Source: Dendrobates tinctorius (taxonomy: Eukaryota). Taken from it: 64,000 bases of DNA. The translations under genes were made by a program, and so were the position numbers. Shown piece by piece: positions 1 through 11,628 of the stretch; positions within the stretch are counted from its first letter, which is position 1, and every line of letters starts with the position of its first letter. Under the pieces are notes generated by a model. That model was given only the letters and a program-made list of their open reading frames with translations, ran no database searches and was not told the DNA's origin. The stretch lies in NCBI RefSeq assembly GCF_039654945.1, contig NW_027361790.1, positions 4,960,001 to 5,024,000 on the forward strand, given 5' to 3'.

Positions 1-239
1 GGGCTGAAAATCTCATCTTACACACGAGTATATACGGTAATAGGAAAGAATTGGCTGAAAGCCACAGCCAGCTCACTAACAACCACACTGGTGAATGGAA
101 CTTCGTCTTGACAGAGCGTGGTAAACATCAGAAAAATGGAAAATTGGCATTCCAGCTCATTAAAATCACAAATCGTTATTAATCCATAAAAATAAACAAT
201 GACAAAAACTCCTGATAACCTCTAAAAGGGTGTAAACAG

Positions 240-1090
240 AGGTGTACAGCGACGCGTTTTGATCTATATATAGATCTTTATCAAAGCTAAACCTCATGCA
301 GAAACAGGAAATCCTTATAGTACTAATGGACCAATCAAAAAAATTCCCTGATGTCAGATGAATATTGACAAGGTCCTGAAAAATTAACTAGTGACACATT
401 AGATGAGTGAAATCACACATTGTACCGAAAAAACATATACATAAGTACTGAAAATAAATATAATATATCAAAATGAATACAAACACATAAAACCAATTGA
501 ACTTCAATAATGAAACGTTATTTTGTGGCGTCTATTAAGGCCATTTGGAAATCAAGTATCCAGATTGTAGATTGCGTTTTCTCAATTTTTTCTCAAGATT
601 TTGAAATTCTAACTCCATATCTTCCTCATACCTTAAAGTCCGGTATTGCAGACACATCGATCCCCCATATGATGAGGATATCATCCATGTATCTGCCATA
701 CCAGATCAAAACCTGAAGATACGGGTTATGTGTGGAATATATGTACTCTAAATTCCAAAATGCCATCACAAGATTGGCCAATGACAGGGAGTATTTAGCT
801 CCCATGGCTACGCCAGCTCTTTGTAAGTAGAAACTTCCATCAAATGAAAAAAAGTTATGAGTCAATAAAAAATACGGCACCTGTAAAATAAATTGAATCA
901 AATCTTGTGAATAATGGCTAGAATTTTCAAGATGAAAATGCAATGACCGCATAGCTACATCATGGGGGATACATGTACATAACGAAATGACATCATAACA
1001 CAAAACAGGTATAGTTCCTAGACCAGGTTTTGTTTTTAGAAAAAAATTCTCAAAATATCTCTAGAGTTGTTAATATACCCCACTAATTTG
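240..1090 (-). mobile_element. Penelope-like retroelement remnant (RT fragment, GIY-YIG tail, hammerhead-like motif)
   Basis: ORF 626-1003 has PLE RT motifs DVISL, YLQRAGVAMG and RYMDDI; PNGLN-type endonuclease tail near 530-550; internal deletion between them. Confidence 0.85.
248..288 (-). ncRNA. Degenerate minimal hammerhead-ribozyme motif (PLE-associated)
   Basis: Minus strand AGC-TTTGATAAA-GATCTATATATAGATC-AAAAC-GCGTC-GCT: short stem I, variant core, palindromic stem II, palindromic stem III ACGCGT; GAAA has become AAAA. Confidence 0.55.
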
Positions 1091-1099
1091 CATACCAAG

Positions 1100-2560
1100 G
1101 GTTGAACTTTAGGGCCCAGGAGGAAGTGAAAAGTTTAAAAGTCGTTTTGGATTGTCAGCTAGTGCTGTAATAAGGGTGATTAAACAGACTTGTTTGGCCA
1201 GATGGAGAGCAGACTTATAAGTTTTGAGAATGAACTTATGTCACGGCCCCCGTTGCTCCCCGCTGTACTCACCCGGCCGATCCCGCGCCGCAGCCTGGCT
1301 CCTTCCCTCAGCCGCGGCGTCTGGTGTCCGGTCCGGTGCGCAAAGCATGCAAGGACGTCGCAGGCCGCGTCCTTCTCCCTTCTCTATTCTCCGGCGGTGC
1401 CCTGACCCGGAAGCACCGCCGGACCAATGGGGGCTGCTTCCAGGATATTTCAGGCCGCCTTCCTGTAACGGAGGCGCCTGATCGTCGTTCTGCGACCTCA
1501 TGTTAGGCCCCCGTGCCTCTGCTCCTTGCACTGTGCCGGTTCTCTCATTGTCTGTGCTTTCTTGCAGTCTGCCTGTGCCTGTGTCCTATTCCATCCTGCA
1601 GTCCTACTCCAGTCCTGCCTGTCTGTGCCTGATTCCCGCTATCCTACTCCGGTCCCGTCTGCCTGTGTCCTATTCCGTCCTGCAGTCCTACTCTGGTCCT
1701 GCCTGTCCATGCCTGATTCCGGCTATCCTACTCCGGTCCCATCTGCCTGTGCCTTGCTCCGTCCTACAGTCTTACTCCGGTCCAGCCCGTCCGTGCCAGA
1801 TTCCTGTAGTCCAACTCCGGTCCCGCATGCCAGGATTCTTGCAGTCCTACTCTGGGCCTGCCTGCCATGCCTGGTTCCTGCTGTCCTGCTCCAGCCTCTC
1901 CACCCGAGCTCCACGCCTGTTCCCGTGCTCGTGGTACCAGGTACTCACTCTCGCTCCAGTCCATCCGAGCCGCCCCTCTTGGTACCGGCTGCTCTTGGAA
2001 CCCTTGGGCCTGCTCCTAACGGTCCCTGTATAGGGGTCGGTTCCACCTGGTGGCTTGCCCAGGGGCCCCTCAGTGCCACGATCCAGAGGTTCACTCTTGG
2101 AATTCCGCCTTGCCTAGTGGAACGCTTACAACTTATAGTGGATGAAGTCTTGTGCTGAAAGTAATTTTCTCCACTGACGATAGGCACACCTTGAGCAATG
2201 CTGGATAATGTGTTTGCAGCGTGTGCCAGGGTTGCCTTTGTCTGAGTTGGACCGTTTTGTGTATAGCAGGTGCTGCTACATGCAAGGTGCTCTGAAATGT
2301 ATTATTATAATGTGACCATGCTGAGTCTGGACAGGAGAGGGAAGAGATTGGAGCTAAAGATGACTGTAGATTGTTCATAAGCTGCTTGATATTGATGGCA
2401 CCTTTAATTTTCTGTATGAACGCTAAGTGTGGGTGTCCTGTGAGATGAGACAGTTCTTAACACAGAAAGAAAGTTGTGGTCACCGAGCAGGAAAGGGGAA
2501 TTAGTAAAGCCATACACTGAGCAGAGCTGGGAGAAGACCAGGTCCAGAATTTTCCACATT
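1100..2560 (-). mobile_element. L2 LINE ORF2 fragment interrupted by a solo LTR
   Basis: Motifs LDLVFSQLC, GDHNFLS and QRQPWH; the reading frame DFIHYKFILKTYKSALHLAKQ is restored when 1239-2130 plus one TSD is removed. Confidence 0.75.
1239..2130. mobile_element. Solo LTR (892 bp) with internal 84-bp tandem repeat
   Basis: TGTCAC...TTACA ends; 5-bp TSD ACTTA at 1234-1238 and 2131-2135; repeat units start at 1578, 1662 and 1746. Confidence 0.85.
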
Positions 2561-2955
2561 CTCATGTGTAGAATTAGTAAGTTATGAAAGGCCAAAGGAG
2601 GAGGCGAAAAAAAAAAAAAAAAAAAAAGATGAGCGGCAGATGGAGAGAGTGGATTATTACAAAATGAACGCAAAACCTTATTGAAAAAAAATCTTACATA
2701 CATATCTAACCTAAAGATGGATATACCCTGATCTAAGAGCAAAGAAAGGGAAATGCATGTTGGTTACAAAGACTCCTCTTTACCATTCGCCTTTTGACTT
2801 TCCTTTTTAGCTGACACTCTTTCAATGGAATTTTTAAAAAGTGTTTGTTTTTCTTCAATTTTCCATCTCCCAAGGAGGATTCTATTTTTTAAGTGGATGT
2901 TTCCTGCCAGCGTGAACAAAATGCCCTCTAGGATGACAGAAGCGTGCTACTCTAA

Positions 2956-3268
2956 AGGGGGTTTTACACATAGCGATATCGCTATGTGTGATACTTACCT
3001 CCGACCGGCTCCGCCGTTGGTTATCGCTGATCGCGCGAGATCGGGCGGCTCCATTTCTCGTCGTCAGCTTCCTGCTGTGTGAGACGAGCGACGCGGGCGG
3101 GAGGACGTCTTCATCGCTGTGTGTGAAAGGTGAGTATCGTGCGCTGCGTCGCTGCTGCATCGCTGTGAGATCTTTCTGTGTGAAAGCTCACTAGCGATCA
3201 TTTAGCGATGCACCAGCGATCCTGACCGGGTCGGATCGCTGGTGCATTGCTAAATGTAAAAGGGCCTT
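2956..3268. mobile_element. Harbinger-like MITE
   Basis: Imperfect TIRs (GGGGGTTTTACAC...TGTAAAAGGGCC) and many ATCGCT/AGCGAT subrepeats. Confidence 0.55.
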
Positions 3269-3742
3269 AAATGCAAAGTGTGCTGCCCATACTTTTGTCT
3301 TGGAGCACAACTGATTTGCTAGTCAGTATCTTACATGAGAACGTAGCTGTAACAATTAGTAAAAGTTTCCCTGAAACCTACATTGTGTGCCAATCAATAC
3401 ATTCCTATGGGGATACTACTAAATTTTCATGTAACCCAGGCAATCAGAACAGGGACAATTGCAACGGAGAAGTAATTGGGTTTCATAATGAAGGATACAG
3501 ACAAAAGTTAACACGTCAGAATAGAAAAAACTGCTAAGGCCGAGCTGCAGAAAGTGTTGGAAATGTGGCTAAAAGAAAATTAGAGCAGCACTTGGCAACA
3601 AAGACTGTGAAAGATTAAGGGTGACCTGCCGGTAGAAGTTCTAGATCAACGTTGGCCCTTCACAGCCCGGCATACTAGCATAGCTTGGATTTACAATCTG
3701 GTGCCATGTGATAGAATATAGGACAGAAATGAAATACTACAC

Positions 3743-3873
3743 CTTGCGAGCTATGGGTTCCTGATTCTCCATAACGGTGTACCAGCTGACAAGCTTGTTC
3801 CAGCCCTCGGTAGGCAACAGAATGTAATCAAGTTCATCAATAAGATGCTCCTTGAGAGACTGCGTATCAGTGT
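3743..3873 (-). CDS. usp15: USP15 coding exon 3 (DUSP domain); gene continues beyond the left edge of the window
   Basis: tctttcacag|ACACTGAT...CGCAAG|gtgtag; 131 nt; encodes (D)[43 protein letters not shown]; in phase with exon 2. Exon 4 (VVEQGMFVKH...) was not found in 1-3742. Confidence 0.98.
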
Positions 3874-3939
3874 CTGTGAAAGAGACTGTCAGTATTTAAC
3901 TATGAGAAACCAAACCGGTAACAGATATAGATATATGCA

Positions 3940-3946
<7 letters not shown>

Positions 3947-3972
<26 letters not shown>
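3947..3972. repeat. (CA)n microsatellite
   Basis: Direct read, within USP15 intron 2. Confidence 0.95.
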
Positions 3973-4492
3973 TGACAAGCCGACACCTTCATGTATTACA
4001 TCAATTTATATCACGACAGAAGCCCATACTGCACGTTATGGGATGAAGACTGCTTAGGGATACAAGACCACTGTTTGTGGGAGACCGTTTAAGTATATTT
4101 TCATTAAAAAAAAAAGTATTTTGCAAAAGATCGCAGAGACACCTATACAGTAGCATGCTATTGCCATTAGCTTCCATTGTGAAAAAAAATACGGTAGACT
4201 TCTGGAAAAGTGAATCCTGCTGTGCATTTCTATTCTGTTAAATAAACAGGAAAAAAAACAAACAAACAAAAAAAACTATTCAATCGTATGTCAGCCCCCA
4301 CCCCGATGTCAATGGAAGTCAATGACAATGCTACTCTGGCCTTTTTTTTGCAGTATACTTTGCAAAGTAGCCAATGAGCAGTACCAATATAGCAAACATA
4401 TGGTGTAACATTCTAATAAATATGAAAATAAACACATATATAATATGTATACGGCTAGGTATTGTCTCATATATTCAGAAATAGGGAATGAC

Positions 4493-4620
4493 CTTTAAGG
4501 AGTCCAGAATTATCAATAGGACCTGGATACACATTCTGATCTCCCATCTGGTACTTGTCCCAGCTGTCAAACCCCACATATTTCTTCCACTGCTTGAACC
4601 AGCGACTATCAATCAAGTAC
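4493..4620 (-). CDS. usp15: USP15 coding exon 2 (DUSP domain)
   Basis: ttattttag|GTACTTG...CTTAAAG|gtcatt; 128 nt; encodes (W)[42 protein letters not shown](D); phase-compatible with exon 1. Confidence 0.98.
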
Positions 4621-4774
4621 CTAAAATAATAAAAGATTACAAAAATAAATGTTGGAGCAAATACGAATCAGATGGGCTACAGCGAAACAGAACATTGAAA
4701 AGAAACCACTTGACAAGATAAAAAGTTCTCTAGAAATGTCAAAATGTGAAAGCAATAAAACTTACTATTTTTTT

Positions 4775-5032
4775 AAATTTATTTTATTCATTTATATAGC
4801 ACCAATAATTCCACAGCGCCTTACAGACATCATCATCACTGTCCCCGATGGTGCTCACAATCTAAATTCCCTATCAGTATGTCTTTGGAATGTGGGAGGA
4901 AACCGGAGAACCCGGAGGAAACCCATGAAAACACGGGGAGAACATACAAACTCCCTGCAGATGTTGTCCTTGGTGGGATTTGAGCCCACGACCCCAGTGT
5001 TGCAAGGCTGCAGTGCTAATCTCTGAGCCATC
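4775..5032 (-). mobile_element. tRNA-derived V-SINE-like element
   Basis: Minus strand: A-box TGGCTCAG, B-box-like GGCTCAAATCC, V-domain-like core (plus strand GGAAACCGGAGAACCCGGAGGAAACCC) and L2-type tail ending in GCTATATAAATGAATAAA. Confidence 0.8.
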
Positions 5033-5131
5033 ATTCTAATGTACTTTAATCCTGAATACTGCCTTTTGGTCTGATGTCAGTGAGCTGGCTGTCTGGCTCA
5101 GTTCATAAGCTAAGCCAGCCCCCTTCCCTAA

Positions 5132-5640
5132 GGGCCCCGTCACACATCGCGACTCACCAGCGATCCCGACAACGATATCAACGTGTCAGGATCGCTGGTG
5201 AGTCGCTACATGATCGCTGGTGAGCGGTCAAACAGACCGCTTCACCAGCGATCAGCACCAACGACACCCAGCGTCGCTGTGTACTTATTTACCAGCGCGC
5301 TGATGCAGGGAGCTGGTAACTAGGGTACACATCGGGTTTCTAAGGGACATGCGTCACTTAGAAACCCGATGTGTACCTTAGTTACCAGCTCCCTGCATCA
5401 GCACGCTGGTCACTAAGGTACACAGAGGGTTTCTAAGCACAGCGCAGTGCTTAGAAACCCTGCGTTTACCTTAGTTACCAGCTGATCGCTGGTCTCCCGC
5501 CTGTCACACGCAGCGATGCGTGCTGGCCAGCGGGAGACCAGCGACCAAAAAAATGTCCAGGGCTTTCCAACAGCGATACCGGCAAAACTTGTGACTCAGC
5601 AGCGATCTCGATAGCGAGATCGCTATGTGTGATGGGGCCC
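5132..5640. mobile_element. Harbinger-like palindromic MITE
   Basis: TIRs GGGCCCCGTCACACAT / ATGTGTGATGGGGCCC flanked by TAA/TTA; long internal hairpin at about 5290-5410. Confidence 0.8.
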
Positions 5641-6310
5641 TTAGTCTCTGCAAAAGATGCAGAAACTACTGTATAACACAAATATTACCATGACAGTAGT
5701 TAATTATGAAAATGGATAGAACATACTGAAGGTGTTAGTTTTGCAAGTTATTCAACAACTTAAAGAAACTAGGATTCGGAGGTATGTATCACAAAATCGG
5801 AGTCCTGCACCTATAAAATACAATGTGAAATTAATCAGCAGTATTTTCAGTCCATTAAGAATAAGCTATAGGTACACATCTAACCAGTTCCAGAGGTCTG
5901 TAAAATGTCAAAAGGTATTGTAAGGCAAGCGGAATAAAACAGCTCAGTATAGGCTTCACTGAGAGTGGACTGGCACACAGGATAACAGGTGAATCACCAG
6001 GTGGGACACTCTGAAGGACTACTCGGCACCTTCATATTCTATAGACAGACAAAGGGTAGGATTTCATCCTTTATTTAAAAAGGTATTCTCCACTGTTACA
6101 GAAGCTAATATTAATGGGGTCAGGAGCAGGTCAGTATTTCTATACTCAACTGCATGCTGAGAGCCCTTTCAACTAACTACCCAATTTTTCTATTATATAA
6201 AAGCATAAGCTAAGATTACATAAAAACCACTAGAAGATCACACAGTATTTGCCATCCTCAGGCTTTGCCTTAACACCTTTCCTAACATCTTATGCTCCCT
6301 TTATGCAAAT

Positions 6311-6735
6311 GTAAGAATCTGTCAGCAGAATCACCCCTCCTAAACCGATTATGTGGGCATACAGGTCATAGAAAGCTGAATAAAATTATACCTTGATCTC
6401 TGCGATCCGATGTCTTATTCCAGAGAAAGTCAAGTTTTTCTTACCTGCAAATGAGCTGTTAAGCTCTATGGGTCGGACACAGATCTCCCCGAGTATCTGC
6501 TTCCACGGCTTATTTTATATGAAAAGGGATGTTACCAGTGTGAGAAACGTAGAGAGCAGACTGTCACTCATTACATGTCTCACACTGGTAATATCTCCTT
6601 TCATTTAAAATAATCTCTGGAGGCAGATTCTCAGGGAGATCAGTGTCCGGCCCATAGATCTTAACAGCTCATTTACACATTAAATATGTATATTTATCTG
6701 GAACAAAACATTGGATTGCAGATCTCAAGGAATCA
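6311..6735. mobile_element. T2/Kolobok-type MITE, truncated; same family as 21102-21603
   Basis: Internal palindrome and clear sequence similarity to the 21.1-kb copy. Confidence 0.7.
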
Positions 6736-6736
6736 T

Positions 6737-7549
6737 GTCACGTGATCGCGGGTCAAATATGGGTTGGCATGACAACCAGAGGTCTCCTGCTGACCTCTAT
6801 GGTTGTCAATGCCAGCTTACTATGAGCTTCGCCCGGTGGTCGGCACTCATAGCAAGTAATTCTGCTACATACAGGTGATCTGATCACCGCCAGTATGTAG
6901 CAGAGCCAATTGGGTTAGGGCAGCTTCTAGTCTCCTATGAAAACTATTGACGCATGCCAAAAGAAAAAAAAAATGTTTTTAAAAACATAAAAATAATAGA
7001 ATATAAAAGATGACATCACCTCCCTTTTGCCCCATTCAAAATAAAACAATAAAAAAAATCAAATGTACACATTTGTTATCGCCGTGTTCAGAATCACCCG
7101 ATCTATCAATAAAAAAAAGGATTAACCCGATAGCTAAACGGCGTAGGGAAAAAAAAAACCCTCAAAACGTCAGAATTACGGTTTATTGTCGCCGCGACAT
7201 TGCATTAAAATGCAATGACAAGAACATATATGCACCAAAATGGTATAATTAAAAACGTCAGCTCAGCACACAAAAAATAAGCCCTCACCCTACCCGAGGT
7301 CACGAAAAATGGCTCAAATTTTTATTTTTTAGCAAACTTTGGAATTTTTCTTTACCATTTAGATAAAAGAGAACCTACACGTTTGGGGTCTATGAACTCG
7401 TAATGACCCAAAACAAAAAATTTTGACCTAAAAAAAAAAAAAAAAAAAAAAAAAATTGTTATGGCTCTGGGAAGAAATGGAGCAAAAAATAAAAAATGCA
7501 AAAAAGGAAAAAAATATATATATATATAGCTCTGGTCATTAAGGGGTTA
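6737..7549. mobile_element. Non-autonomous piggyBac-like element, right part
   Basis: Ends ...CATTAAGGGG|TTAA; related internal sequence recurs at about 53800-54380. Confidence 0.6.
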
Positions 7550-7584
7550 AAATGAATCTAAGTTTCCATTATGTACATTATATA

Positions 7585-8008
7585 CAGTCATGGCCGAAAG
7601 TGTTGGCACACTTGAAATGGTTCCAGAAAATGAAGTATTTCACCCAGAAAAGTATTGCAAATACACATTTTTTTATATACGTTTATTTCCTTTGTGCGTA
7701 TTGGAATAACACGAAATGAAGGCAAACAGGACAGAATTTGACAGAAAACCCTAAAAATGGGCAGGACAAAATTGTTGACTCCCTTTACTTAATATTTGGT
7801 GGCACGCCTTTTGGAATAAATAACTGCTTCCTGTAACCAGCAACAAGCTTTTTACACCTCTCAACTGGAATTTTGGACCAGTCTTCTTAGGAAACTGCTC
7901 CAGGTCTCATACTTGGAGGGTGCCTTCTCCCAACAGCAATTTTAAGTTCTCTCCACAGGTGTTCAATGGGATTTAGATCCGAACCCACTGCTGAACACTT
8001 CAGAACTT
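7585..8008 (-). mobile_element. Tc1 remnant (one TIR plus transposase 3' fragment)
   Basis: TA|CAGTCATGGCCGAAAGTG TIR, related to the 55198 element; DLNPIEHLW-coding remnant near 7955-7980. Confidence 0.75.
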
Positions 8009-8536
8009 TTTAATAATTTTGCAAAAATTTCTACATTTCTGTTTTTTTCAGTCAAGATGGGGTGCAGAGTGTACATTAATGAAAAAAAAATGAACTTTTT
8101 TGAATTTACCAAATGGCTGCACTGAAACAAAGAGTGAAAAAAATCGTAGTTACTTACCGATAACGGTATTTCTCTGATCCCATGACGGCACCACGGAGAG
8201 AGAGGGATCTGCCCTCAGGGACAGGAAACCTACAGATGAAAAAGGCGGTACCTCTCTCCCACATCAGCTGCTTTACAGAGCATTACACAGAACTCTCAGC
8301 TGCAACTCAAACTGTTATAAAAAAAAATCCAACATTAATCAAATTAAGCTTAACAAAGGCACCGCGTGGCTAAGTAGTAACACTAACTCACTCTTATGTG
8401 CACACCTGTGTGTGTGAAAGGGAGGGGATGTACGGGTGCCGTCATGGGATCAGAGAAATACCGTTATCGGTAAGTAACTACGATTTTCTCTTTCCCCCAT
8501 GATGGCACCACGGAGAGAATTACAAAGATTGTACAT

Positions 8537-9540
8537 CTAGGGAGGGACCACCGCCTCCAGAACCCTTTTCCCAAAGGTGAGATCTGAAGAGGAGGTCAAG
8601 TCTAGACGGTAATGTTTGAAAAATGTAGAGGGGGAAGACCAAGTGGCAGCTCTACATATCTGATCTATTGAAGCGCAGGCTTTCTCTGCCCAGGATGATG
8701 CCACTGCCCTGGTTGAATGGGCCCTTACGTCCTCTGGGATGGCCGCCCCGCAGGAGGAGTAGGATAAGGTGATGGCTTCTCTTATCCACCTCGCCAGTGT
8801 GGACTTCGATGCCTTCTGCCCCTTCCGAGGACCCTGAAAACAGACAAACAGAGCCCTATCCTTCCTAAATTCCCTCGCGGTTGTCAAATATTGGACCAGG
8901 CATCTTTTTACATCTAAAGTGTGTAATATCTCTTCTGTTTTGTTTTTGGGATCGGGACAGAAAGAGGGTAGGGAGATTTCCTGAGTCCTATGAAAGTGTG
9001 AAGACACTTTGGGGAGATACGCTGGATCAGTTCTAAGAATTACCCTATCATCCAGGATTTGCGTGAAGGATGAGTGGGCCGACAAAGCTTGTATATCACT
9101 AACGCGGCGGGCAGAAGTTAAGGCCACTAGAATGAGGTCTTAAGTGACAAAATTTTTAAGGGAATTTCCGTTAGGGGTTCGAAGGGAGATTTGGTTAGAG
9201 CATTTAGCACTAGGTTTAGATCCCAGGGTGGGGTGGTGTGTAGAGGGATCGGTCTAGATCTACTTGAGGCTCTAATGAATCTCTTAACCCATATATTTTT
9301 TGCTCCCAAGGCCGCCACCTGTACTTTTAAGGTGCTGGTAGCTAACCCCTTCTCCAACCCCCTTTGTAGGAATTCCAGAATTTTATCTACAGGGATTTCG
9401 CCCGTTGGGTCGGAACCTGACACTGATATGAATTTCTTCCACACTTTGCCATATGCTTTGGTGGTTACTGGCTTTCTACTCTGTAGTAGCGTGGTTACCA
9501 AGTTTGATGAGAAGCCCCTGATGCTTAGGAGCTCCCTCTC
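8537..9540 (-). pseudogene. DIRS tyrosine recombinase (frameshifted near 9127)
   Basis: RRVSDIQAL, AHSTRAVASSWA and W...FFKHYRLD catalytic R-HxxR-W-Y set; N-terminal part in the C-terminal half of ORF 9127-10296. Confidence 0.92.
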
Positions 9541-11432
9541 AAAAGCCAAGCTGTCAAGTGTAGGTTTTTTATGTGTGGGTGATAAACTGGACCCTGGCAT
9601 AACAGGCCTGGATTTTCTGGTAGAACCCAGGGGTCTGTCACGGACATTCTTCTCAGCCAGGAGAACCAAATTCTCCGTGGCCAGAAGGGCGCTATTACCA
9701 CTACTGTTGCCTTGTCCTCCCGTATTTTCCTCAGTACTAAGGGAATGAGAGATATTGGGGGGAAGGCGTAGGCCAGATGATAAGCCCAGGGTATCATGAA
9801 GGCGTCTAGGGCTTCTGGGACCCCCCGGGGATCGATTGAGCAGAAGGTCTCCAGCTTCCGGTTCTGACTGTTCGCAAATAAGTTTCTCTCTGGTTGACCC
9901 CAGAGTTTCACGATCTGGTTGAAGACTAACCAGCTTAGTTCCCACTCCCCCTGTTTTAGACGTGTCCTGCTTAAAAAGTCTGCCGTTCGATTTTCTGAAC
10001 CTTTTATGTGAAGGGCTGTCAGGGATTCTAGATTGTGTTCTGCCAGGTGGAAGATGGACTTTGTTACCTCCATCAGTGGTCGAGACCTGGTACCCCCCTG
10101 GTGGTTTAGGTATGCTACCACTACTACCTGGTTGTCCGAGAAGACCCTTATGTGATGGGAACGTAGTGAATCTAGAAAATAAACGAGGGCTAGTTTCACT
10201 GCCAGCAGCTCTTTCATATTGGAGGAAGCGGACTCTCTTCCCTGATCCCAGGACCCCTGTGCCACCTGGTTGCCTAGATGTGCGCCCCACCCCCAAGGAC
10301 TTGCGTCCGTAGTTAGGATCTTTGTTTCAGGCAATGCTAAAGCAACCCCCTTGGCTAGGCTGGCTGGAGCTGTCCACCACGTTAAGGAATGCCTTGTTTC
10401 TGGCGAGATGTTTAACTGCGTGTCTAAATTTCCGTGTAGGGAAAAGTCTGCATCTAATATTTCCCACTGCAAGCCCCGGGTATGGCTCTGGGCCCATTGG
10501 ACGGCTGGCATGCAGGCTTGTCATAGACCCCAACAGTGACATGGCTTTCCTCAGGGTGGTGTTCGGGGAAGCTATCATTTGAGATGCCATTTGTGTCATT
10601 TTTTTGAACCTTTGCCTTTGGAAGGTAACATTTCTGCTCGATTGAGTCCAGTGTCATCCCCAAATACTCTTGCACCTGACTTGGTACGAGTCTGGACTTG
10701 GGCAAGTTCAGCATCCACCCTAGGCTCCGTAGTGACTTCATGGCCAGGTCCAGAACTGCTGTGTGCAATGGTGAAAGGTGACCCCTATTATTAATAGATC
10801 GTTCAGGTACGGGACTATCAGAACGTTTTGCTCTCTTATGTGGGCCATTACCTCTGCCATAGTCTTCGTAAATACCCTTGGAGCAATGGCTAGGCCGAAG
10901 GGGAGGGCTCTGAACTGAAAATGTTTTAACCCCCCCCTGAATCGTCACCGCTACTCTGAGGTATTTCCTGTGATCCCTGTGAATAGGCACATGATAATAT
11001 GCGTCCCTCAAGTCTAATACGGCCATGAAGCAAGCTGGGGGAAGCATTTTTATACAGGATTTTATCGTCTCCATTTTGAAGTGCTGAACTTCTAGAAATT
11101 TGTTCAGCTTTTTTGAGATTTATAATCACCCTGTACGAACCGTCTGGCTTCTTGCGAAAGAAAAGAGGGGAGTAGAAGCCTTTGCCCCTGTCTTGGTAGG
11201 GGACTTCTTGCAATACGTTTTTCTCCCTTAGGATCGCTATTTCCTGTTGTAGGGCCAGCTGCTCTTGTGATGTCCTTTGAGGGGTTATCACGAAGGAGTC
11301 GTTTGGTTGGGAAATGAATTTTAGCCTCAGGCCTTCCTTTACTATGTCCAGTATCCAAGAACTTGCGGATATTTTTTCCCAGGCCTGGAGAAAGCAGGAT
11401 AGTCTTCCCCCGACCTGGGGGAGTACCTTCAT
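9525..11432 (-). pseudogene. DIRS pol: reverse transcriptase, RNase H and adenine-methyltransferase-like domain (frameshifted)
   Basis: VGGRL, FYSPLF.RKKPDGSYRVIINLK and LDLRDAYYHVPI (RT); LTTDASPWGWGAH, NMKELLAV, SDN and ADFLSR (RNase H); NLFAN and YAFPP...APFWPRRIWF (MT-like). Confidence 0.92.
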
Positions 11433-11628
11433 TGTGGCTTTTTGTTGTCGGGGGGCTTGTTAAACATAAAGCCCTTATTTTTATTTCTCCTATCCTCCCA
11501 TCCTTCTTTGTTCCCTCTTGGGGGCTTCCGTCGCATGAACCTTCTGTTCCGAAAAGGCCGTTTGTATGCCTGACTGGGGAACCCGGGGAAAGATTTTTTC
11601 TTGTCCCCTGCCTATTCCAGGATGTCAT

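Noticed and set aside
1190-2158. Long Pro/Ser/Cys-rich ORFs
   Set aside because: By-products of a GC-rich LTR and in-frame 84-bp repeats.
4955-5032. tRNA gene
   Set aside because: It is a degenerate SINE head continuous with the V-domain and L2-type tail.
8537-9127. Phage integrase or bacterial contamination/HGT
   Set aside because: The tyrosine recombinase sits inside a DIRS element with RT, ITRs and ICR.
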